Assembly: GCA_030616425.1 (NCBI GenBank)
Contig: JAUWXJ010000001.1
Location: forward strand, 1 to 55,702
Direction: 5' to 3'
DNA length: 55,702 bases
Source: Desulfobacterales bacterium
Lineage (GTDB): Bacteria > Desulfobacterota > Desulfobacteria > Desulfobacterales > C00003060
The notes beneath the pieces are model-generated. The model was not told where the DNA came from. It made no database searches and saw only the letters and a program-made list of their open reading frames with translations. Position numbers and translations under genes: made by a program. Below are positions 37,706 to 45,909 of this stretch, in pieces (within the stretch, counting starts at the first letter, position 1; the number at the start of each line of letters is the position of its first letter).

Positions 37706-38353
37706 ATGGCACATAAACGTACGTACGAGGAATTGGAACAAAGGCTTAGGGAGTTAGAACGGGAAGCCCTTGAACGCAAGCGAGTCGAGGAGGCGTTGCG
37801 GGAGACCAACGAGCTTCTGGAGAAGATCTTTTCCACGACCCATCTTTCCATCGCTTACATGGACACGGATTTCAACTTCATCCGAGTAAACCATGCGTAC
37901 GCGGCAGAGGACGGCCGCGAACCAGAGTTTTTCGTCAACAAGAACCACTTTGACCTGTACCCGAATACAAGTAACCAGGCGATCTTCGCTCAAGTTGTCG
38001 AGAAAGGTGAACCGTACACCGTCTACGCGAAGCCTTTTGAATATTCAGAACATCCGGAACGCGGGGTGACATATTGGGACTGGAGTCTTTATCCTGTAAA
38101 GAACTCGTCCGAGGAGGTGGAAGGACTCGTCCTGGGCCTAGTTTGCATGAGATCCGGCTCCCCCACCCCCCGCATTCTCATAAGCCCCCACTCAATACGA
38201 TTAACCCGAACCACCATATGCTGCGGCTCCTTTTGCCTTGACACACAACTCCATATTCCCTATATTCGCCCCACCAAAAAGGGACTTCTGATCAAATCAA
38301 ATCAAACAAAAAAACAAATCAAATCAAAAAACGGCTGTCAGTTGGCTCTTTAA
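37706..38353 (+). CDS. Coiled-coil plus single PAS domain protein, probably a truncated sensor-kinase remnant
   Basis: ATG at 37706 preceded by an AAGGAGGG SD. The PAS core runs LLEKIFSTTHLSIAYMD...GVTYWDWSLYPVKN...EGLVLGLV. From 38158 the frame runs into the right direct repeat, and no HisKA/HATPase follows. Confidence 0.6.
   Translation: MAHKRTYEELEQRLRELEREALERKRVEEALRETNELLEKIFSTTHLSIAYMDTDFNFIRVNHAYAAEDGREPEFFVNKNHFDLYPNTSNQAIFAQVVEKGEPYTVYAKPFEYSEHPERGVTYWDWSLYPVKNSSEEVEGLVLGLVCMRSGSPTPRILISPHSIRLTRTTICCGSFCLDTQLHIPYIRPTKKGLLIKSNQTKKQIKSKNGCQLAL
38158..38298 (+). repeat. Direct repeat, right copy
   Basis: Aligns with 35711..35847/35905. Followed by an AAATC pentanucleotide microsatellite (38290..38325) that reaches the lpxK stop codon. 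Confidence 0.85.
38238..38266 (+). promoter_or_regulatory. Sigma70-like promoter inside the right repeat, facing the 3' end of lpxK (antisense)
   Basis: TTGACA, 17-nt spacer, TATATT. Confidence 0.5.
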
Positions 38354-39439
38354 ATAGTCTTCAAAGCGTTCTGCGTCATCTCCAAATGAAATCGTTATGG
38401 CCAGGATCAGGAGTGGCAGAGTTGGTGGAATCTCAGAATAAATATTGAAATAATCCTTCTCAGTCGTAATGATATTGTCCGCGTTCAGGTCTTTGGCTCT
38501 TTTCCAAATGGAGATCAGGTCATCACTTGAATACAAATGATGGTCTGGAAACTTAAGTGAGCCTGCCACATAGCCTCCAAGCCCGGTAATTTTGGCATGA
38601 AAGTCATCGTTTTGGGCAATGCCAGAAAAGGCAAAAAGCCTTCGCCCTTGCAAGTTGAGCAAATCAAGAGGCTCTTTTTCTCCGGCAACAAATAGACGCT
38701 CAGGCACATGTCCGCATTTGAACATTGGGTGTCCCTGGGCACGGGTTTCTATAACAGAGACCGTGTGAGTTAAACTCTCCTCCTCGTAGCAGCGCGTCAG
38801 CACGAAGGCGTTTGCCCGCTTTAGCTGATCTGCGGGTTCCCGAAGTATACCCCTGGGAACACAATGCCCGTTGCCAAGCGGACGAACGCTATCCAAAAGC
38901 AATAAATCTAAGTCCCGTCTCAATGAGAGGTGCTGAAAGGCATCATCAAGAACCAACACCGATGAACCAAATCTGCTAATGGCAAGCCTGCCAGCCCGGT
39001 AGCGATCTCTTCCGACCAGCACGGGAATGCCTTCCAGTTTTGATGCCAACAGTTGGGGCTCATCTCCCGATGCCCTGGGTCCCATAAGAATTCTCTTTCC
39101 ATCTGAAACGATCCCTCCTGCACGCTGCTGCCTCCCACCGTAGCCACGGCTGATGACAGCTACCTCCAGACCAAGGCCTTTTAACAAATTTGCCACATAG
39201 CGTACCATAGGGGTCTTTCCAGTCCCTCCCACAGTGATATTTCCAATAGATATAACCTTGCATGGCAGCCTCTTTGATCTGAGGATACTATTCTCATACA
39301 GGCTTATTCTGAGCGTCATTGCGACGCGGTATATCTTTGAGCACACGTAAAGCACCCATTCAAGAGGTGACGAAAAGGGTGGATCAGTCATATCTCCTCT
39401 GATCATCACCGCTTCTATTGCCTTCCGAATCGAAGTCAT
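38324..39439 (-). CDS. lpxK: Tetraacyldisaccharide 4'-kinase
   Basis: P-loop ISIGNITVGGTGKTPMV. The ATG at 39439 (MTSIRKAIE) lies immediately after the waaA stop (39441..39443); the ORF-track start at 39490 would overlap waaA. Confidence 0.9.
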   Translation of the reverse strand: MTSIRKAIEAVMIRGDMTDPPFSSPLEWVLYVCSKIYRVAMTLRISLYENSILRSKRLPCKVISIGNITVGGTGKTPMVRYVANLLKGLGLEVAVISRGYGGRQQRAGGIVSDGKRILMGPRASGDEPQLLASKLEGIPVLVGRDRYRAGRLAISRFGSSVLVLDDAFQHLSLRRDLDLLLLDSVRPLGNGHCVPRGILREPADQLKRANAFVLTRCYEEESLTHTVSVIETRAQGHPMFKCGHVPERLFVAGEKEPLDLLNLQGRRLFAFSGIAQNDDFHAKITGLGGYVAGSLKFPDHHLYSSDDLISIWKRAKDLNADNIITTEKDYFNIYSEIPPTLPLLILAITISFGDDAERFEDYLKSQLTAVF

Positions 39440-39440
39440 G

Positions 39441-40754
39441 TCATGGGTCCTGGCACGCTTCCGGTCCACGAGGAGCTGAAAACCTCTCAATCACCCTTAA
39501 CACTCTGGCAACCGCGCCCTGGTTAGTACTAAACACCTTGTAGGCTCGCTCTCCTATCAGACGAGAACGTTCGGTGTCACGCAGGAGAACCTTGACCTGC
39601 TCTAAGAGACTGTCCCTGTTGTCCACCTGAATGGCCCCACCTTCTCGGACAAGCATCTCAGCAATTAGAGCAAAATTAAACATGGATGGCCCAAAGAGCA
39701 CGGGTTTTTTGAAAGCTGCGGGTTCCAGTGGATTCTGTCCACCGAGATTGACCAGACTTTTTCCCACATAAACAACATCGGCAATGGCGTATAGTCGCCT
39801 TAGTTCCCCTATAGTATCTACAATGATCGCCTCTGGTATGACACCAGCATCCATCTTGTTCAATTCGGTCCTCAAAGGAGCGAGCAAGCCAACCTTTTTA
39901 AACATGCGTTGTACTGAGCTGGCCCGATGAGGGTCTCTCGGTGCAATCACCAATACGAGATTGGCAAAACTTTCTCTAAGGGCCTCAAAGCACCACAAAA
40001 GGACCGCCTCTTCCCCCTCATGTGTACTGCCGGCCAAGAACACCCTCGCATCCGCTCCAATCCTCATCGAGGCGCGTAGCCTATTCGTCTCCCCATCAGG
40101 CGCGGCAATTAAGGGCTGATCGAACTTAATGTTTCCAGTAACCTCTACCTTTTCTTTAGCAGCGCCAAGGGATCTAATTCGTTTGGCATCTGTCTCGGTC
40201 TGCATACAACAACAGGCAAAATTTGAAATAATTCTCTTTGTAAAAAAAGATAGCCGCTTGTATCTCGTGTATGAACGCGGTGAAATTCTGCCATTTACAA
40301 GAATGGCGGGCACTCCTTTTTTCTTAACTTCATGCAAAAAATTTGGCCATAGATCTGTCTCGACAAGAAGGAAAAGCCATGGGTTAATTCGACGATTAAG
40401 GTGCCTCACTACCCACAAAAAATCGTAAGGAAAGAAAAAAACAAGATCTACACTTTTAGACAGAGATTCAGTTGCTACCTGGTAGCCACTGTGCGTTGAA
40501 ACCGAACAGACAAGAGCACGATCGGGATATCTCTCCTTGATCGCGTCTATCAAGGTTACGGCCGACAGGACCTCTCCAACCGACAGGGTGTGTATCCATA
40601 TCGGCCGCCCCCGGAATCGGGGCATCCGGAAGCCGGGAAATAACCTCTTCAGTAATGTTGCTCGTCTTTTTTCAAGCGTCAGGGCCTTCACTACAAAAAA
40701 AGGGAGCATTATGATGTTCCCGAGTAAAAATAAAATATTATACAAGAAAATCAT
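39441..40754 (-). CDS. waaA: 3-deoxy-D-manno-octulosonic acid (Kdo) transferase
   Basis: 437 aa. WIHTLSVGEVLSA resembles E. coli WLHSVSVGE. C-terminal GGQNPLEPAAFKKPVLFGP. Confidence 0.9.
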   Translation of the reverse strand: MIFLYNILFLLGNIIMLPFFVVKALTLEKRRATLLKRLFPGFRMPRFRGRPIWIHTLSVGEVLSAVTLIDAIKERYPDRALVCSVSTHSGYQVATESLSKSVDLVFFFPYDFLWVVRHLNRRINPWLFLLVETDLWPNFLHEVKKKGVPAILVNGRISPRSYTRYKRLSFFTKRIISNFACCCMQTETDAKRIRSLGAAKEKVEVTGNIKFDQPLIAAPDGETNRLRASMRIGADARVFLAGSTHEGEEAVLLWCFEALRESFANLVLVIAPRDPHRASSVQRMFKKVGLLAPLRTELNKMDAGVIPEAIIVDTIGELRRLYAIADVVYVGKSLVNLGGQNPLEPAAFKKPVLFGPSMFNFALIAEMLVREGGAIQVDNRDSLLEQVKVLLRDTERSRLIGERAYKVFSTNQGAVARVLRVIERFSAPRGPEACQDP

Positions 40755-40766
40755 CTCTCAGAAAAC

Positions 40767-41837
40767 TCACTCAACATAGAGCAGAATTACTATACTTAGA
40801 AAAACAAAAATCGTGTTTGTAACCCATGCTGCCAAAAATGGCTGTAAGAGTCCGTTATGTCCTAGTGATATGCAAAGGCCATAAACAACCCAATAGCAAA
40901 AAGCTACTCCGATACCATAGGCAATACCCATGGCTATCCCTTCCTTTTTCCGGTTTCTGACCGAAATGGCTGTCCCCACTAATGTCATGACAAGGCAAAC
41001 AACCGGAAAGGCCAATTTAGCTTGCCAGTCTACCTGATAAGGGGTGGCATCATATCCTTCCTCTTTAACTTTTTGGATATAAGTTGACAGTTCATTGAAG
41101 CTCATCTCTTCGGATTTCTTCACAAGCCTTTTCAGATCCTCAGGAGCAAGATCTATCTTTAGAGTGCGTTGAAGGGGATAGACCACCTGGTAACTTCCAT
41201 CTTCGAGTCGAATCTGTTCCACGCAATCATGCAGCAGCCACCTACCATCTTCATAGATTCCTTTTTTTGCGTCAATGCGTTTAGCAATGTTGAATCTGTC
41301 GTCGAAGAAGTTGAAAGTTACGCCAGATATGCTCTTATCAGCCGGGTTAAAATAGGCTATATGATAAATAGCCCGATTACCTTTGATCCAAATATCCTTT
41401 TGTTTAAAGGTGGCCTCTTGCTTGTTCACCTTCACCTCCCAAATATGATTGGCCTTTGCCATGGTGATTGGGACCACTATCTCAGCAAAGAAAAAGAGAA
41501 AAAGACTAAAAGCCAAACCCAAAACAAAAAGGGATTTCAGAAGGTAATAGGTACTTATCCCGCCACTTTGCAAGGCCACCAGTTCATTATTCCTAGCCAT
41601 CAGGCCAAGGACTATGAGAACAGCCAACAGCACTCCCACTGGCGTTACCTGGGCAATTATTAAGGGGAGCCTGAACATAAAGAAAATAAGTGCTTGCGAT
41701 ATGGGAACCATGGACTCAAGAAAATCATCGATCTTTTCAAAGAAATCGACAACCAAATAGATAGTCATGGCTGCTGCCAAGACAATAGCAAAATTCTTCA
41801 GTACCTCTCTGATCAAGTATTTGTGAATTATCTGCAC
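40767..41837 (-). CDS. lptG: LPS export ABC permease, YjgP/YjgQ family (LptG by gene order)
   Basis: 356 aa. IHKYLIREVLKNF N-terminus, multi-pass TM protein with a periplasmic beta-jellyroll region. Confidence 0.75.
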   Translation of the reverse strand: MQIIHKYLIREVLKNFAIVLAAAMTIYLVVDFFEKIDDFLESMVPISQALIFFMFRLPLIIAQVTPVGVLLAVLIVLGLMARNNELVALQSGGISTYYLLKSLFVLGLAFSLFLFFFAEIVVPITMAKANHIWEVKVNKQEATFKQKDIWIKGNRAIYHIAYFNPADKSISGVTFNFFDDRFNIAKRIDAKKGIYEDGRWLLHDCVEQIRLEDGSYQVVYPLQRTLKIDLAPEDLKRLVKKSEEMSFNELSTYIQKVKEEGYDATPYQVDWQAKLAFPVVCLVMTLVGTAISVRNRKKEGIAMGIAYGIGVAFCYWVVYGLCISLGHNGLLQPFLAAWVTNTIFVFLSIVILLYVE

Positions 41838-41845
41838 AGAATCAG

Positions 41846-43024
41846 CTATCCTCTTTTTCCAATAGACCTAAACCACTGAAAAATTCTAAGGGCAATCATG
41901 ACTGCCTTTGCAGGCCGTTCGTTAGCCGTGATGAACATGAGATAGGCAGCAATGCTCCCTATGATTATATTTGGAACCCACATGCCAACAATAGGTGGGC
42001 AGATACCTCCCTCCCCAAGAACCCAACCCGCAGAGAGAAGTGTATAGTAAATAAGAAAAAAGAACAGACCAAGAACTATTCCAAAAGATCGCTTTGCAGA
42101 CTTTGATTGGAGCCCTAACGGGACAGCTACGAACCCAAGAACAAAACATGCAAAGGGGATTGAAATTTTCTTGTGATATTCCATCAAACTCAAATAGTAG
42201 TTGGCATCATTCTTCATGACCTCATTCAAACTCTGGCGCAACTCTGACCAACTCATCTCTTTCCTACTCTTTCGACCATCTTTTACTCGAGACAGGACCT
42301 TGGCGAGATCGAGGTAAAAATCATAGGTATCAAACTTAACAGAATGCACTGTCTTTTTGTCCTCTGTGAGCTGATTAATAATCCCGCCGTACAGCCTCAA
42401 CTGAAAGGCAAGTCTTTCTGGATCGCAAAAGAACTCTCCCCTGGGAGCAACTATAGTGCTCAGCATACCAGACGCTCGCCGGTCTTCGACAAACACATCC
42501 GTCAGGGTTTTGTTTTTTGAATCGATTTTGCTCACATACAGCATAACACCCTTGAAACTATCGTTGAATGTCCTTCCTTTCAGTCCTATGTGAATATTCG
42601 ACCTGGCAGTTTCGAACAGCAGGTTCTTAAAAGAAAGCCGACCCCACGGTGATCCATTTAGGCACATAAAACCCGTCGCCAAGAACCCAATAAAGCAGAA
42701 GACTAATACTGGAGGAAGAAGCTTGTAGAGATTAACCCCGCTCGCTTTCAGGGCAACGATTTCATAATCATTTGACAATCTCAGGAAAGCAAACAGCACA
42801 GCCATCATGACAGACATAGGAATAACAAAAACAAGGAAAGAAGGCATACAATATATCAACATCAACAGGACAGAGGAAAGACTCACGCTATGGTTGACGA
42901 TCAGATCTGTGATATCTAGTATCTTGGCCATCAAGAAAATGAGGGTAAATAAGAGCAGGTTGATGACAAACAGAGGTATCATCTCGCTGAAAAGATATCT
43001 GCTAATAACGGCGTTGATTTTCAT
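41846..43024 (-). CDS. lptF: LPS export ABC permease, YjgP/YjgQ family (LptF by gene order)
   Basis: 392 aa. ISRYLFSEMIPLF N-terminus, same family as the downstream gene. Confidence 0.75.
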   Translation of the reverse strand: MKINAVISRYLFSEMIPLFVINLLLFTLIFLMAKILDITDLIVNHSVSLSSVLLMLIYCMPSFLVFVIPMSVMMAVLFAFLRLSNDYEIVALKASGVNLYKLLPPVLVFCFIGFLATGFMCLNGSPWGRLSFKNLLFETARSNIHIGLKGRTFNDSFKGVMLYVSKIDSKNKTLTDVFVEDRRASGMLSTIVAPRGEFFCDPERLAFQLRLYGGIINQLTEDKKTVHSVKFDTYDFYLDLAKVLSRVKDGRKSRKEMSWSELRQSLNEVMKNDANYYLSLMEYHKKISIPFACFVLGFVAVPLGLQSKSAKRSFGIVLGLFFFLIYYTLLSAGWVLGEGGICPPIVGMWVPNIIIGSIAAYLMFITANERPAKAVMIALRIFQWFRSIGKRG

Positions 43025-43090
43025 CTATTTTTGGGCTTATGAGGTAGGTCTTTGTAAGTAGATGCCACCCGCAGGATAGACCTTTTGGCA

Positions 43091-44869
43091 TTATTGTCCG
43101 CTGGCAACTTGACGATTGTTATCCTCAAACTGCAAGTCGTGAAGCTTATGGTACTCTCCTTCAAGGGCCAGAAGCTCTTCGTGTTTGCCTTCCTCCACAA
43201 TCTTCCCGTCCACGATCACTATAATCCGGTTGGCATGTCGGACGGTTGAAAGCCTGTGGGCGATCACAAAGGTTGTCCGTCCTTTCATCAGGTTTTCAAG
43301 AGCCCGCTGAACCGCCAGCTCTGACTCACTGTCCAAGGAAGAGGTTGCTTCATCCAGAATCAGGATGGGGGCATTCTTCAAAAGAGCGCGAGCAATGCAA
43401 ACGCGTTGTTTTTCTCCTCCCGAAAGCCTAATGCCCCGTTCGCCCGCCACCGTATCAAACTTTTCAGGAAACCGCTGGATAAAATCGTAGGCGTAGGCGG
43501 CTTTGGCTGCCGCAACGATGTCTGATTCTTTTGCATCAGTATTTCCATATGCGATGTTGTTTCGAATAGTATCATTAAAAAGAATGGGGTCCTGGGTCAC
43601 AATGCCTATCTGGCTGCGAAGTGAGGCAATCGTTACATCCCGGATATCGTACCCCTCCATAAGGATTGATCCTTCGGTTACGTCATAAAACCGAGGAATC
43701 AAATTCACCAGAGTGGTCTTGCCACCACCGCTCATGCCAACCAGCGCTAGAACTTCACCTTTTTTGACCTCAAGATTGATGTTTTTCAACACCATCTGAT
43801 CCTCATATTTAAAAGAGATATTCTGGAAAACCACTGAATGAGCGTTTGACTTAAGTTCGATCGCGTCTTCCCGTTCCACGATATCAGATGCAGTATCGAG
43901 AATATCGTAGATCCTGACGGCTGCTGCCAGGCCCTCTTGGATAGTATTATTGAGCCCGCTCATTTTTTTGACGGGCTCATACAACATAATAAGCGCTGCC
44001 ATAAAGGAGAAGAAGGTCCCGGGTGTTGAAGTTCCAGTGACAACTTTGTATCCTCCATACCAAATAATAAGTGTAATACCAATGCCACCCAGTAGTTCCA
44101 TGACTGGGGAAGAGATAGATCTGACTCCGACAGCTTTCATCTCATTGGTGAACAACCGAGAAGTCCTTTCAAAAAAACGACGGTTTTCATAAGATTCCAT
44201 TCCAAAGGCCTTCACAATTCTATTACTAGTAAAGGTCTCGTGCAGAAGGAAACTCATATCAGCAATAGCTTCCTGGCATCGGGTACTGAGCCGCCGCAAT
44301 CGCCTTCCAAAATTCACAATCGGGATTACAGCCAGCGGAAAAATTGCAATTGCAATCAAGGCCAACTTCCAGTCGCGATAAAAGATCACAAATAGCAGGC
44401 CTATGATTGTAAACGAATCTTTTAACACCCCTGTAATAGCATTAGATACCATTCCCTTAACAATATTGACATCGTTGATAATCCTTGCCATCAGGATTCC
44501 GGTCTTGGTCTTGTGGAAAAAGGACAACGGCAACATCTGAATGTGAACGTAGAGCTTGTCCCGCAGTCGCATGATGATGCTGTGCCCCACATAATTCATC
44601 AGATAATTCTGTCCAAAGTAGCAAGCCCCCTTTACCGCATACAGGATAATGATAGCAAAAGGGAGGAGCTTCAACATTCTCATATCTTTCTTGAAAAAGA
44701 TTTCATCTAGCACTGGCTTTACTAAATAAGCAGTCGCCGCGGTTAAAAATGCCACAAGCATCATGCACAACATGGCCACTAGAAGACGAGGCCACTGTAA
44801 TTTCACAAGCTCAAGAATTCTTTGATATATCTTAAGCAAGTCTATGTCGCTTTTTTTCTTCTCAACCAT
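43091..44869 (-). CDS. msbA: Lipid A export ATP-binding/permease protein (ABC, MsbA-like)
   Basis: Six-TM domain plus an NBD with Walker A GMSGGGKTT, signature LSGGEKQR and Walker B ILILDEATS. ATG at 44869; the ORF-track GTG is at 44878. Confidence 0.85.
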   Translation of the reverse strand: MVEKKKSDIDLLKIYQRILELVKLQWPRLLVAMLCMMLVAFLTAATAYLVKPVLDEIFFKKDMRMLKLLPFAIIILYAVKGACYFGQNYLMNYVGHSIIMRLRDKLYVHIQMLPLSFFHKTKTGILMARIINDVNIVKGMVSNAITGVLKDSFTIIGLLFVIFYRDWKLALIAIAIFPLAVIPIVNFGRRLRRLSTRCQEAIADMSFLLHETFTSNRIVKAFGMESYENRRFFERTSRLFTNEMKAVGVRSISSPVMELLGGIGITLIIWYGGYKVVTGTSTPGTFFSFMAALIMLYEPVKKMSGLNNTIQEGLAAAVRIYDILDTASDIVEREDAIELKSNAHSVVFQNISFKYEDQMVLKNINLEVKKGEVLALVGMSGGGKTTLVNLIPRFYDVTEGSILMEGYDIRDVTIASLRSQIGIVTQDPILFNDTIRNNIAYGNTDAKESDIVAAAKAAYAYDFIQRFPEKFDTVAGERGIRLSGGEKQRVCIARALLKNAPILILDEATSSLDSESELAVQRALENLMKGRTTFVIAHRLSTVRHANRIIVIVDGKIVEEGKHEELLALEGEYHKLHDLQFEDNNRQVASGQ

Positions 44870-44894
44870 ACTGCACACAAAATGGGGAAAAATT

Positions 44895-45572
44895 TTAATT
44901 TATTATATGATAGTAGTAGCGGTCCACTCTTTTTGTGATTTGATTAAGTTCGATTTCCAGCTTTCTTCGATAGGCCTCTTCTTCATCTTGATCTATATCT
45001 TCTGGGACCGAAATGGGCGTACCGTATATGACTCGGCCTTCGGTAAACGGATATGGAAGGATGAAACGATCCCAACTGGAAAATATTTTGATCTTCTGAG
45101 CACTGTAGCTGACCGGCACGATAGGATAACCTGTTTTTTTTGCCAGGGCAATGACCCCTGGTTGGACCTTAAATCGTGGGCCCCTTGGGCCATCTGGAAC
45201 AACACCCCCTGGATGAATCTCTTCTCTTAAAGCCTTGATTAACCTCGCCAAGGCCCGAACACCGTATCTGGAACTGGATCCGCGGATGGTCTCGTGACCT
45301 TGGCGTTGCAGTATCTGTGCTATGATCTCTCCGTCCTTGGATTTGCTGACGAGAATGGCTCCACCCCACCCCTTGTAGAGGTAGCTAATCATAAGTATTC
45401 TCGAATGCCAGAATGCAAAGATAAATCTCCTCGACTCGATCTCAGCCCGTACCTTTTTAAAATCAATAGTCCGAATCCTCATTGTGCTACAAATCAGGTC
45501 AACCAGGCCTTTCCCCAGCCAACCGACCAGCCACCATTTCAGATCTTGCCACTTATCTGATTCTCTGGACAT
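44895..45572 (-). CDS. DUF374 domain protein (lysophospholipid acyltransferase-like)
   Basis: FAFWHSRILM..., PDGPRGPRFKVQPGVIALAKKTGYPIVPV. The start is uncertain (45572 or 45674). Confidence 0.65.
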   Translation of the reverse strand: MSRESDKWQDLKWWLVGWLGKGLVDLICSTMRIRTIDFKKVRAEIESRRFIFAFWHSRILMISYLYKGWGGAILVSKSKDGEIIAQILQRQGHETIRGSSSRYGVRALARLIKALREEIHPGGVVPDGPRGPRFKVQPGVIALAKKTGYPIVPVSYSAQKIKIFSSWDRFILPYPFTEGRVIYGTPISVPEDIDQDEEEAYRRKLEIELNQITKRVDRYYYHIIN

Positions 45573-45716
45573 AGAAAGAAAAGACTCAGTCCGCCGCGAC
45601 CCACTGTTTCCTTCCCGAATTCCCCCAACCCACGAGAAATACTTAACAGAAATTCCCAGTCGCATAAAGGCCAAAGCGACTAGTGGGTCGTTTCGCTAAA
45701 GGCTTTACATTATTCT

Positions 45717-45874
45717 GTCATTGCGAGGAGCGAAGCGGTTGCGAGGCCGAGCCGAAGCAAACTCGGAGCTGGTGGTTTAGGCCAAACGAGATTCCTCACT
45801 ACGCTCGGAACAGGCTCAGCAATCTCATTGTTTTCTCCAGCGGTTAGAGATTGCTTCACTACGCTCGCAATGAC
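45717..45874. repeat. Long hairpin element with GTCATTGCGAG...CTCGCAATGAC arms
   Basis: gtcattgcgaggagcgaagc (45717..45736) pairs with gcttcactacgctcgcaatgac (45853..45874). An internal second copy of the cctcactacgctcgg motif sits near 45795. Confidence 0.7.
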
Positions 45875-45909
45875 ATCATTCATTGTAAAGCTATTTATGA
45901 AATGCTGTA

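Noticed and set aside
34593-38323. The island as a classical mobile element (IS, transposon, integrative element).
   Set aside because: There is no transposase, integrase or recombinase ORF, no terminal inverted repeats and no tRNA attachment site. Only imperfect direct repeats flank part of it, so I report it as an accessory islet of unknown mobility.
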